Origin: Auanema rhodensis
Taxonomy: Eukaryota; Animalia; Nematoda
Direction of reading: 5' to 3'
DNA length: 64,000 nt
NCBI GenBank assembly: GCA_964057225.1
Contig: OZ059899.1
Location: 13,950,001-14,014,000, forward strand
The first letter of the stretch is position 1. Each line of letters opens with the position of its first letter. The notes beneath the pieces are model-generated. The model searched no databases. It saw nothing but the letters and a program-made list of their open reading frames with translations, and had not been told where the DNA came from. A program made the translations under genes and the position numbers. Of the stretch, positions 24,361 to 37,958 are shown piece after piece.

Positions 24361-27300
24361 GGGATATGATGTTGTATAAGTTCATGCAAAATTAGAAAGA
24401 ATTATAGTTATCCTAATAATATTGTATCTGAAAAAAAAAATTGAAATATGAAGTTAAGTGTTGTAGATGAGAACTGAAGATTTTGTACTTAAAACGTTTC
24501 AATTTAATCTGAGATATACGAACTATCAAGTGACTATTTGAAGAGAATAACATCAACAATACATAGAAATATGAGAAAAGCCAAGGAGGATGGGACAGCC
24601 GAAGCTGAAGGTTGAAAGCTAACCTATGTGAACAGACAGGTCAACGGATCGATTGCTGTTTATGCAAATACATGTATCTGCTAAAGGACTCAGAAGGCTC
24701 AGTCAGTTGGCTATTCATATACTAAGGTACAAACCGATCAGTTAAATGAAAGAAGGCAGGAAATCTAGATAGAGAGATAGTGCAATTGAAGAGAGAAAGG
24801 TGCAGAAAATCGAATATAGGACCGCTGTATTAAGGCTGCAATTAGAGGATTATCAGTAGGGTCATGCCCTGGCGATCTGCCAACAACAACTGGACACGCA
24901 TTTTCTTCTAATATAGTATTGGAATGATTATATTTAGCAGACAAAAACTCTTTCAACAGCCATAAATGACGACTAAAGAAAGGATAAGATACATGATTGA
25001 ATGAATCAATTGACGGTAAAACGAGACAACGCTTATGAGTGGGTGAATATGTGAGGTATAACTCATCAAAAAAGCCGACTGCTCGTTTGAATCACTTAAA
25101 GTTTTCCATTTTTAATCGATTATATATTAAACGATTAAGGTGCTATCTCAATGATAGGGGAAGATCATAGGACGTAATTGAAAAATAGATTATTGGTAAA
25201 CAATCATTGAGAAATATCTGATACACATACAAGATTAGTGAAGAATTTATAATGATTTTCAGCTCTATTGATTTGAAAATGAAATCAAAGCAAATACAGA
25301 TGAGATTTGAATGCATCCCGCGAAGGTCAAAGCATTTGCAAAAATATTAAAAAACATTTGGTCGATACATTTTATTATTTTAGATGTGAATGGCATGACG
25401 GCAGAGTGTGAGTAGGAGGCAAGGATGGAATCTTGAAAGCTGTCTCGACGAAGAAGTGGAAGGATCATCCAACTTGCAAATAATAAGAAACAACTTGCGT
25501 GCACTTAGACGAGCTAGCTAAGAATTGATAGACGGTTAACAGCAAAAAGGCGAGAAGCAAGAAGCGGAAGACTTTGAGGTGTGATTTTCAAGGTTTATGA
25601 AACCATTCTCTAAAGAGGTCCTTATGTTTTCTCGATCTGCCTCTTATGATAGGTTGACTGATCAGAGAAGCCAGCGTTCGCCGAATCTCTCATGATACAT
25701 CAAAAAATGGCTCGTGAGATGGAAGAATCAATGAAAATACAACATGTATATGGGAATTTTTTGAATTTGAAGGTTTGTAGCCTATTGTATGGCTGATCTG
25801 AGTCCTTCTTGTCCGGTATTAGTCAGAACAGCATAGTAGGGTCGATCAATACAGGTGAACGGACATTCTCTTAGGTCCGCCCACGGGAGCAAATAAATGC
25901 TGAGCACGGAATAGTACGCTTAGCTATGAGAAACAGACAGTGTCCGATATAAGGTCGACAAGAAGCATATTGAGAAGTCGTATACCATGGAGAGACAACT
26001 TAAGAAGGCTGAACCTCCCTCAAATATTAAAATGTACAAGATAACCCTCGCAACGGCTTCCCATTTGCACGTGCACTTTTAATTCTTTGGTCTTTACTCA
26101 TTGTGAAAAGACTGTTACTCCATTTTAAAATGAATTTCCTGTCTCTAATCAGTGTGTCAACATGTGAATAATTATAAAATATAAGAAACACGTATCACTT
26201 TATATTATTTATCTACCTTCTCGACAAATATTCTAAATTTAGTTGTTGCTGTTAGCCTTTCTAAGTTGGTACTCAACAACGATGAATGGAGCCCAGAATC
26301 CAACGGCAAGGAAAAGAACAGCCTTTGTGGCCAATCCCCATTTGTTGGTAACGTGGAATGGGAGACGCTAAATTGGCAAAATAAATTTAAAAAATTAAAA
26401 GTATATGACTTACAGCAGTTGCCCAACCGTCATTGACGAAGGCAGTTGGGTTCTGTCCAATGTACTTAGCTGGAGCAGAGTGGCTTCCCTATAACATTCA
26501 AAATAAAATCGACCTACTAAACAGTTGAAAAAAGATAGCTATTCAAAAGTGTAAAGCTCAAAAGTTATCAAAGATCATTTAAAAAACGAACCTGGCGCAT
26601 AGCCTGAACGAATGGACGAGCAATCTGACGAGCAAGCATTCTATAATTAGATAGTAATTAGATCATATTTAACCCAACATAAGTGTAACTATAAAAATCT
26701 AATTCGAGACCAAAAGGAATAAAAAAAACCACAAAAAAATGAAAAAGGAGCTGATATTCTCGTATTTACGCTAGATAGCTTGTACAAATTTCATGAATGC
26801 TTAAAAAGATATTCACGGCTTCAAACGCACAATGAATAACCCAAATTAATTATAAATATAAGTTTAATGAAGGAAAAACATAGTAGAATCATATATATAT
26901 TTAAAGTACGCAGTTGCAGCCGCGCCGCCCGTGCCTGCAGATCAGGGTTCGCATTAGAGCATAGGGTTTGAAATACCGTAAATTTTATTTTAAATAAAAG
27001 AGTATGAACGAATTTTTAAATATTATAAGTTAAAAGAAAAAGAACGATATAATGGAGGTTCAATATCAATAACAATGGGAAATTCTGTTGTACTAATTAA
27101 CTTTGTTAAAATTCCGTGATATTATAACACAGATGATTTGAAAAATGTTCTTATGGAATTAGATAATACAAAAAATTATGAACATCAACATGTTATGGAG
27201 AATTAGGAAAGTAGTTGAAAAATATAAGAATTATTCTGAAAAACTGTATCCTTATCTTTATATTCATAATTCTTCAAATTAAACATCTAAAATACTTGAC

Positions 27301-28973
27301 ATAATTTGAAGGAAAAAATAATATTATGTGAGATTATATCTTATAATTTATGTAAAAATTATTTTGTTATCTACTCTATATCACGCTTATTATCTGGAAA
27401 TTCGATTTATTTTATGTAATATGAATTTAATTTTTAAAATTTTTAAATGCAACCGTTCTTCTTGAAATTTGATATAAGAATGACTGATAAGATTACGCTA
27501 ACTTTCCTAAAACCTTGTTCAGTTCATTTTAGTTTATTTAAATAGCAAATAGCTTTGATAGACTTTCATTCAGTGTTCTTTGTTCCTTGGCGAGTTTTCT
27601 TTGATTACAGATCATATTGAATTTTGTTGTCTGAGAAATATTCTCTGTTAATTCAACTTTTTTGCTTTTATTTATTGTGTCCTTTTAAATAAATGTAACG
27701 AACACACTGACTTGAACTGATTGAGTCTGAAACTGTTAGAAATAAGTTGTTAATGAAATTTCGTGTGGATTTCTCTGATTGCTAACGAGTCCAATAACCT
27801 TGTTTTCAGCGTAAAGTCTAACATAAATCTGTATCGCCATTGAGCCCAGAAATCGTTGGTCATATCTCAAAAAAAGTTGGGTTTAGTCTCATTTTTGAAA
27901 ATGTTGCAAGAATAACTTTTATTTTTTTCAACTCTTAACAAAAAAAATTATTTTCAAAAAATCTTTTCGATCAGATTTCTGTCACCATGTTATTGTGTTT
28001 AGATTTTTTAAGGTTAAATAATGATTGTTCCATTGACAGAACTAACGTGGATAATGATTAATTAAGCTCAGAAACCATTGCCAACCTTGAAAACTAGAAC
28101 GAAAAGATTAATTTTTCCAGAACTGGAGTTCAGTAGGATTGAGTGTGATGAGCATGAGAGGAAAAGACTAAAAGACTGGTAGAGATTGAACTTCATGACA
28201 TGTACTTAAAGAAAATGACAGAAATTGATAAATTTGAAGAAGACGAGGAAGTTGTTACATCTTGTTGCATGATAACTGTCCGGATAAGGAAGATATGATG
28301 TATTATAGAAAGGATTGGTCTGCTAAAATCATTGTTATCATCATAATTGTTCTTCATAGTTTCTCTTCATTTACTATGTATTCTAGATATGATACTAAAC
28401 ATAGAATTGTAGAATTGTGTCTCTTGTGCCGTTGTGTATTCCTTGGCCTTCTTTCTTCTCTACTCTTTTAGGTGGATCATTTGTACATGAAAACAGATGA
28501 TAGGTATGACAAGACCTAACCTACGATTCGAAGAGGTACGTGATTAGGACGAGAGGTTAAGAGTGCGATACGGCCCGACGAATCAGACGATTCCGATAAA
28601 AAGACTCTAACGGCCTTACAGAGCCTCGAAAATCCCACACACGTATTTTCTTTGCTGGATTTTCTATCTACCTCTATCTCTTATGTTAACTCTCTTTTTC
28701 GTTCCCATATTAGTGATATTGCGGTAGCTATCCCTTCCCTTCCTTCTATCTTAAATTGTCTCTCTTACACAATCTTTCTCCTTTTCTCTCCATAAGAGAC
28801 TGAGACCGACCCTGTGCTGACTATGGCTGCAGGGGCTTGAGGGCGTGGCCAGTCGACGCCTCGACGACGTCGTTGCTGTCGTCGTCGTCGCCGTCATCAA
28901 CCCCACCGGACTTCTGCTGCTGGTGTTGGTGTCGTTGTTGTGCTTTATTTTCTGGTAAAAAACGGTTGCCATC

Positions 28974-31900
28974 ATGGCAAATACCGTTTCCACTTCCATC
29001 TATGGAAGTGTCGTAGTGGTGTTGTTGATTCTTGCATGTGATCAAACGGTCGACGCAAGAGGTTTCCCAAAAATTCCAGGTTTGTCACGAATTTCTTTTC
29101 AATTATTACACTTATTCATATTTCTTATCAATTTATTCAAACTGTAAATTTCAATTTTGAATTCGTTCTATTCAGGAGCATATTGCTCAGCTCGTTCACC
29201 TACATGTTGTCAAAGCCGTGACGATGACTGTACAGCTCCAATTCTTGGAGATCACTTATGCTACTGTGATATGTTCTGTGACCGTGGTCCAGATGGAGGT
29301 AACTATTCATTGAAATGATCTAAACTAACAAATATTTCATGGAATTTTGTATTTTTTTGTCATATCAAAATAGAAAAGGGGTTGGCGGGAACAATACGAT
29401 ATTTGTGGTGCGGTTATGATGTGAAAATACTTTGTAATAGGTGTTTCTTACACATTCTAAAAGAAATAAAACAAGTTTATCAACATGCTTTATTCATATA
29501 TGTTTCTTTTGAGAGAAATATTTATTTTTGATATTAAGGTAATGACTGTTGTCCAGATTTTGAAGCAACCTGCAAAGGTGTGAGACCAATACAGGATGAT
29601 ATGAATGGGCAAGGTAAATATCATTTTACTTTTATTTCTGTTCTTTTTAAACTTATATCTTTGATATTATAGAATGTAATCATAATGGAATGAGACATTT
29701 TGAAGGAGACACAATTAAAAGAAATTGTGAAACATGGTAAGTAGTCTATTTCAAATATTGTCTTGCTTTCTTGCTTTATATACTTTTTGACATTAATTCC
29801 AAAGACTTCAGAGAATATTATTCAATATCTTTGTTTTAAATCTTTCTTGACTTTTCTTAGTTATATACATGTATATATGCAAAAATAGAGAAAGTTTTGG
29901 GTATAGACCATAGGGAGTGTTGAGAATCATGAGGATAAGAGAGAAAAGAGAGAATATAGGATGAAGGGGTGAAGGAGTATCAGATGATGATTGTCTTGTC
30001 CACACAATTATTTTCCCTAGAGAAATGCTGTTCTTACTGAACTCACAAAAGCTATGCATCTGTCAGTATAAGGAATATCAAGTTCAAACTAACTGTGTTT
30101 ATAAATACAAATATAGAAATACTTTTTTGAAAATTGAGCAACTAATTTATTCTCAATGTATCCTGTATTCTCATGCCAAGTTTGATATTTATGAGAACTG
30201 TATTGGGCAAATTGTGAAAGGGGAAAGAATAGCTTGGTACAGCTGGCTTTCAATATGTACTATGAACGTGTAATTCTGTTCTCTGCCAGTGAAACCCAAA
30301 GCTCTAACTCAAGAAGCTTCTGTAATACCATTATTTCAGTGTTTGTGAAGACAATTATTGGAAGTGTGATGCTACTACATGTTTAATTCAAGATGATCTT
30401 CTAGAAAAAGTTCAACATGGACGTTACACGTATGTTTTACCATATGTTTTAACATTTTTGATATAACAAGCTTTCTATGACATGCTATATTCATGCTATC
30501 AGGATTATATCACATAATTTCTTATTTTCTCTCTGATTGAATTAATAATTGGAGCTGCTTCATGTCTTTCTTTCTTTAGCCAACTTGATTCCGGAGCTTA
30601 ATTATCCAAATCTCCTCCGAATTGTGAATCTTCATGAAATGCTTTGCTAAACCTTTTGTGCCAAATTGATCATTTTCATCTGCGACGCTCATCTCTGTGG
30701 GTCGTCGTTCGTACTCTGCTTGTCTCTTATGATATCTTTTCTCGTAGTTCGAAATTCATCCCGCTGATAGTTATGCGAAAATTTCTTTTTCTCTTTCTAT
30801 CGTTCTCTGTTAAGAGAAATATTCCACCTCTTTCTCTGTACATTCGTTGGAGAAACGATAACAAACACATGAACGAACAGAAGAAGTCAACGAAAAAAAA
30901 TTTAACCTTTTTTTGTTTTTCTAATTAGTTATCTTTTTATACGCGATACCGAAATATGCAGAGAGCGACTGACTTTTGCGAGAAAAAAACTATACAAATC
31001 ATAAAAGAATCTGATACGAACGGTGCGAGCTAGTTGTGGCCTAGCAGGCATGAGGCCAGCCAGCATACCAAACACCTACATGTGCGATTTTTATGGCAAT
31101 TCTGGCACTTTACGTGTTCCGTATCATCATAATGTGTATCGTTTATCTCTTTTCATTGCTATCATATTCATTTTACTTCGTCGAATCTTCTCTCATCTAA
31201 TAGTATATTCCATTCCAATCATAGGTTTTACATACCTTTTCCTGTGACATGGCAGGTAAAAAACATCTTTTAACTACATGTGTATAGCAAAGGATTGATA
31301 ACACTCCGTCATCATGTCTAGCGCACAAATGAACTTCTTGTATCATTTTTGACGTGTTAACGAATAAGACGACATCGACTATGATGATGATAATGATGAT
31401 GAAGCTAATGACAAGACATTTAAACCGTTAACCACATTTTTTCGTTGAAACTGGTCTCTCATACTATCATTTATCATGTTTCCGTCTTTTGTCTTTTATC
31501 ATTTTTATGGCGAAGGCCATAGACTTTTTTGTGTTTCATCGTTTTACCGCAATAAGTCTAGCTTTGAGATGAAAAAATATGACAAAAAGAGGAAAAAAAT
31601 TGATAATATTGGTATTTTGAAGAAAAAAAAACATAAAAACGTTTAAATAGCACATTAGCATAAAAGTTTGATTAGGATTACGCAACGTGATCTCACGTAA
31701 CGTAATCCTAATCAAACTTCTCATTTGAGTTTCAAAATGATGTAATAAGCGGTTGCATTTTTCTAACAAAGTTCTGATAAATTCAGAAATTTGCAACATA
31801 TTTCCAGAATCAAGGTGCTTCTTGCTTTATTATGTATTTAAGAGATTTGTTTTTCCGTATGATTAGGATTCTATCCTGAAAAACAATAAATCGATAAACT

Positions 31901-34323
31901 GTGTATTGCTAATCAGCATCTGTATTTGATACTATATATGTCAACTATCTGTCACCACAAATATCTTTGTCATCTCTAAACGTCTGACAGGGCATATACC
32001 ATGCTCCTTACTATATGTGTTTCCCTATCTGTTCAACTCTCTTCTCTCATCCACATAGTTTTGACCTCTTCAGCCATTTTGGGTTAGTTCGGAGAAAGAA
32101 AGAGAGGAGGTGGGACGGGGGGCATTGTTAACGATAAGGATAACGAATCTCTACTCTAACGTAAATCGTTAACGATAATGACGATAATGATGACAGGTGG
32201 TGCATAACATGAACCTCGTCTCTGGCCTTCCGTATTCATTATCACTATCCTCTGGACCAAAATTATCAGAATAGTTCATGATCGAACATCTCTCTGATGT
32301 TATGACGGACAATTTGCGCCTCAGGCAATAACAAAGTATCAATATATCATTTTATCTATTTGTTCTCACTTCATATCTATTAGTTGACACATCGATGATA
32401 TGAAATCTCAAAGAAATTAATCAAAATTAAGTTTTCATTTGGGCTAAACGGGGATGGGAGCTATAGATTAAACTTTCCAATATCTTGATATGATAACATG
32501 TTTCAATTCTTTTAAAAACGTTCGTAAAAAGGGATTTTTTTTCAGATGGACAGCACGTAATTACACTTTCTTCTATGGCAGAAGCTTAAGTGATGGCATC
32601 AAATATAGATTAGGAACTTTGTTCCCTGAACAATCAGTTCAAAACATGAATGAAATCGAAATTAAGCCTAGAGAATTACCAGATGAATTTGATGCCAGAG
32701 AAAAGTAATATTGAATGATTTTTGTGCTTAATCACGATTTATTCAAATTGCAGATGGCCTGAGTTCATTCATCCAGTTAGAGATCAAGGAGATTGTGGTA
32801 GCAGTTGGGCCTTGTCTACAACAACCATCTCATCAGACAGGTATTATCATTCAAAATACGAAATTCGAATCTTTAATTTTTTTTTTCCTTTTCAGATTAG
32901 CTATTATATCTGATGGACGTATTAATGCTACTATTTCACCTCAACAGCTTTTATCTTGCAATCAACATCGTCAAAAAGGTTGCGAAGGTGGATACCTTGA
33001 TCGAGCTTGGTGGTATATTCGTAAACTTGGGTAAGTCCAATAGCTTTTTTTCCTATTTGAACTATATTTGTGTAACTATACTAATTTACAAAATTTCAAA
33101 CTAAAGTTATACATACAGACATATGTATGACATTAACAGGGACATCACCCTCTAATTTATTACTTTTCAAATGTAATTTTGATGATAATTAAAGACGAAA
33201 GAGACAAAGTAGTTGAACATATTATTTCTTGACGTCAATAATTATCCTGAATGAACATCATTTGAAAACTATTTTTTTTGTTCCATATTGGACTGTCTGG
33301 TATGGGTTGTTAGCGTAATTAGAACCTATGCTCGTGCTAATTTCAATTTAATATTTTTCTTTTCAGAGTTGTTTCCGAACAATGCTATCCATATGAATCC
33401 GGATTATCTCGTGAACCAGGACTCTGTCATATCCCAAAAAGCAGCTACAGATCTGGAAAGGGTATTACCTGTCCATTTGATGAGACTATAGATAGTACTG
33501 TCTTCAAGATGACACCACCATACAGAGTATCAAGCAGGTAAATTGTAATATGAAACAATTTTTTTATTAAAAATGATTAACAGAGAAGAAGATATCATGA
33601 CTGAAATCATAACTAATGGACCAGTTCAATCGACTTTTGCTGTTCATGAAGATTTCTTCATGTACAAGGGAGGAGTTTACAAGCACACAGAATTAGCTAA
33701 TGCTAAAGGAGATAGTTTTGTTGGAGAAGGATATCACTCCGTTCGAGTTCTTGGGTATTAATATAAATAAAAATATTCTAAGTAATAAACAATATTCAGA
33801 TGGGGTGTTGATCATTCAACTGGACGACCAATTAAGTATTGGCTTTGTGCTAATTCTTGGGGCACAGAATGGGGAGAAAATGGACTTTTCCGTATTTTGC
33901 GAGGTGAAAATCATTGTGAAATCGAAAGCTTTGTGATAGGTATGTTGGTTCAATTTATCTTTGAAGTTTTAAAATTTGTAATTAACAAGAAAGATAATGA
34001 TTACTAAAAGGGAGCTAGTCTTGTACTACAGTGAAAACTGGAAAAATCCCATCATTGATGAAATAATTAGGTAGTTAAGTTAGTAATAACCAGTTGAAGA
34101 TGTCATCTTAAACAGCTATTACGATATAATTTATGACTAAATGTTTTGAAAATGAACAAATACATATTGACTATATCTATATAAGAAAAATAATAATTAT
34201 AATTACATATACATTAACTGCTATTTATAATGTATGATTTCAGGAGCATGGGGTAAAGGAGCCAAGAAGAAGAGGAGATTCAGAAAAATGCGCAAGATGC
34301 GTAGACGTCTTCGCAGATTTTAA
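28974..34323 (+). CDS. TINAG/TINAGL1-like secreted protein: somatomedin-B-like Cys-rich region plus catalytically inactive cathepsin B domain
   Basis: Signal peptide, then [28 protein letters not shown]...[28 protein letters not shown] (catalytic Cys replaced by Ser, as in the TINAG family), [32 protein letters not shown], and a basic tail. Confidence 0.93.
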
Positions 34324-34747
34324 ATAATTCGTATATCTTATATAGTAGAATATGTCCTCGCAGGATCTTTCTTTGATTTTCCCTCATGATTTGCCCTCAT
34401 TTCGAAATGTTTTGTGTGTTTTTAACCATTTTATACTTTGCGCTCAACCGTTCTGCCTGTCTACCTTTCTAATTTGTTTTTGTGTCCTTTAAAGAATTAA
34501 AAAAAACTTTTTTTTTGTCAAGAATGACCTCTTCGAGGACATCTAACCTGTGCTGCCATTCCGCTATTAGAGTCATTCCATCCGCCGGCTGTGTGGAAAT
34601 CTCCTTTAATATTTTTGGTTTTTTTTTTGAAATTTACTTCAAACAGTTTATAATTTTCCAGTCAACAATGATGAAATGAAATAATAAAAATAGTCAATTC
34701 ATACTGTTAAATGTTTTATCCAAACCTTTTCATTACAAATTTCAATT

Positions 34748-36662
34748 TCAATTGAGCAATTTGTGTACCAAAGCTGTTAAGTATTCTCGGTACAGCTTTA
34801 ATTCATTTTTGGGCATGAATTCATCTTTAGAAAAAGCATTGGTTATTGATCCTGCTCCAAATAGGTAACGACCTGTATGAATATGGAATTCAAAGCTTCA
34901 GAGGGGGAAATAGTCAAACCTTTGAGTTCTTTCAGACGTCTGTAGTAGGCAATGTCTGTATTGAAAGCCACTTGAGTTTTACCTAAAGGCAGAGGTGGCT
35001 CTCCTAACTCTAATACAACAGGCTCATTGCTGCTAAGGACTTCAATTGTTACTCGACCTAAACATCATAAAATCATAAAAATTCAGTAATCTGATGTGAT
35101 TCACTGTCAACAAGATCCTTCAGTTTCTTCAGAATATCGTCAACAGATGTCGTAACACGGAAGAAAACATTCGCGGACGCTGATTCTGCCCAAGCATTTT
35201 GAGCTTGTCCACCTTGTATCAGACCTATGTTGTAGGTAGTTTCTCCTGTAACAATCCAAATAATATGTTAAAAGCAAACAATTGAAAATAACCGAGGTTG
35301 TCGTCTTTTGGCCACTCGTAATTCATCAAATCATTCAAAACAGGTATCAAAGCATGGATAGCACTTTTTCCTGACGACGGATAACCGGAATGTCCTGCGA
35401 TGCCATTGCTCTTCAGGGAAACCTGTTACAGAAAAAATAATAAATACATTTGCTATTATACTATCATTTTAAATTTACCTTCAATGCTCCCTTTTGAATG
35501 CTACCGAATTTTAATTCTGTCGGCTCCCCAACAATCACATATTCAGGCTTTAGATTCAAAGATATTAACTCATTAGATTTCTAAAGTATATGCACTTGTT
35601 GTTTATTTACATTGACAGTTATGTTTTAAAGATTTTTGATAAAGCGTCTATTTTTAAATTAATGATTTTGGCGCTAATGCAATATGCTAATGTTGCTCAC
35701 GCATTTTTGTACTTGAATGTACTGATGGAGTTGAAGTTATTTGCTTACACTACAGGTTCCTCATTCTTTAACTGTTTACTAATACAATATCTGATTATGA
35801 CCAATTCGAGTCATTATATTAGTTTTGGCTAGCCGTCGCCTTTATAGCTCAGTGGTAGAGCGTTGGTCTTGTAAACCAAAGGTCGGTGGTTCGATCCCGC
35901 CTGGAGGCAGCATATGTTTTTCCTTTTTAAACAAAATCATGCTGCGAGTTTAGGTCGATAAGCGAGTATCAATGTGGCAATTGATAATAATCTAACAGAA
36001 CAACGTGTTGAATATAGGAAAAAAATGGTTTTTGATATAATTTTCTATTGATTAGATGAAAAATTGAAACCTGCATTCCAATATGATCAATTTCTTCCCC
36101 AACTACAAATAATAAAGCAATTTTTTCGGCCATCTCTGGGTTAGAAAGTGCAATGTCTTGGGCTACAGCCAAAATGACAGCAATTTGACCTTATAATTCA
36201 GAATTAAAGAGTTCTTTCGCAACAAAAATTAAACCTTTCGTTTCATTTGAACCGCGGCCATAAATGTTCTGTGAATCCTCAGAAGCAGATATATGAGGAG
36301 GCACAACATCCGTGTGACTGTTGATAAGAACCTTGATTGCTGTAATTACACATGGCTCCGATAATAAGCTCTCATAATTCGATAAAACAATGTGATTGTT
36401 TGCTAGAAACTTACAGCTGAAGTCAGTAAGAGATTTTCTTGTTGCTAAAATATTGAATCGATCACCAACAACGGGTTGTTTCAGCACAGCCCAACCAGCA
36501 TTTTCCAATAAATCAGAAAGTACAGAAGAAAACTCGGCTACAAAGTAGGATTGCCGTATGTTAAATGTAAAAATATAATAAAAGTAAACCTTCTTGTCCT
36601 GTTGGAGAAGGAATATTGACGAACAGCTTAGTTAATTCAACCACGTTATCGAAGGAATTCAT
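34748..36662 (-). CDS. M20A family metallohydrolase (ArgE/acetylornithine deacetylase-like); multi-exon
   Basis: LFVNIPSPTGQE, LINSHTDVVPPH, IYGRGSNETKG, LFVVGEE, IVGEPTE, GIAGHSGYPSSGKSAI, TTYNIGLIQGGQAQN, AFNTD, LFGAGSITNAFSKDE. Confidence 0.9.
35838..35909 (+). tRNA. tRNA-Thr(TGT), antisense within a 490-nt intron of the M20 gene
   Basis: GCCTTTATAGCTCAGTGGTAGAGCGTTGGTCTTGTAAACCAAAGGTCGGTGGTTCGATCCCGCCTGGAGGCA, followed by a T-run terminator. Confidence 0.97.
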
Positions 36663-36899
36663 ATTAGTTCATATATATGTTATGATTCGATAAAATGACT
36701 TTGAAAACTTTGATAAATCTATCAAAAACTTAAACTAAACCTGTTCTCGAATACTGTATTTTCTTTTCTTAATGTCAACAACGATATACGTGTTCATGAT
36801 ACCTATCTTCCTTGTAAATCATTTTTAAAGAAAGATGAATGAAAAAAAACAAAACAGTTCAAAGACTACTACTGATAGTTTTATCTTGCAAAAATAGTT

Positions 36900-37293
36900 T
36901 ATTACTTCAATATTTTCTAACATGTCTTCAATCCCAGTCGAAGAATATGATGCTGAATTAGCAAGTTCATAATTCCCACGTACTTCCCCACAATCAGCAT
37001 TACAATATCTACAAGCTCGCTAGAAATTTGAACGAACATTCGGAAAATAAACGTTTTCCGTTTTTTCCAACATGTAGATTATATATTATATACTATTCAT
37101 GTCGGGTAGGAGGAAATAGTTTCTTATCAAACCCTTCGGCAGTCAGTGGGTCTGCACTGAGTACAATTCGTATGGACCAAATAGTCAATATCTCTAAGAT
37201 CAAAGTTTATATTTATTTTTGTAAAATAAACAAGGTCCATATATATCTACATCCAACATCAAAAGGAGCTATCAGTGGTGATATATTTGTCAT
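36900..37293 (-). CDS. Putative small Cys-rich protein (tentative; 3' end unresolved)
   Basis: AAAAATG at 37293. Phase-compatible exons give MTNISPLIAPFDVGCRYIWTLDIDYLVHTNCTQCRPTDCRR/RACRYCNADCGEVRGNYELANSASYSSTGIEDMLENIE. The second intron has good sites; the first donor is weak. Confidence 0.3.
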
Positions 37294-37958
37294 TTTTCCA
37301 AATCAATACTACTGTTTGTACTCCAATATACTAGGTTTACTGCTTATTGCTTTAAACTCTTTCCGAAACATTCACAATCGTCAGCACTTGAGAAAAAAAA
37401 GAGAAACGAAGCTTACGATAGCACACCCTCAACGTTCTTTGGTGTGTATTGGCGTTCCAGCGAAAATTCATCCGTTACCTCGTCCGTTGTATTTTCAAAA
37501 AATTGTACAAAGTATTTTTTATCGAAACCAGTTATAACTTTGGAGTAACAAGGATTTAGAAATATACTTTTTAACTGTAATGTGTACCTTACTTAAGAAC
37601 GCAATAATCAGTGGGTGTTGTATACTATCAGGTGATCCAGTTGATAGTACATGATCATACTCTGGGTATATAAGTTTTTGTAAAGTGCATTTTGCCGTCC
37701 ATTTTGCTCTTTTGGACGAAGCTTGCTGGCGTAAAAGCCATCCTTTTTTTTTTCTTCTTTGAGTACTTTTATTTCTTTTTCTTTGCCGATTTGATCTGTC
37801 ACCCCATTCCTTATCAATGCTTAATTATGGTCTTCTATATCTTATCATATTCTTCTGTTACACTTATTACTTGGGAATTTTGACTTCGTGGTTGTTTCTT
37901 TTGACAAATATTCTTTTTTTATTCATAATTTACTGAGCTCATGTTCAAGATTTACAGA

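Noticed and set aside
11948-36662. smd-1 plus ArgE-like gene as an ornithine/polyamine gene cluster
   Set aside because: 21 kb apart with unrelated genes between, and the M20 substrate is unknown.
37028-37537. 169-aa plus-strand ORF
   Set aside because: TTG start, intron-like composition, no recognisable domain.
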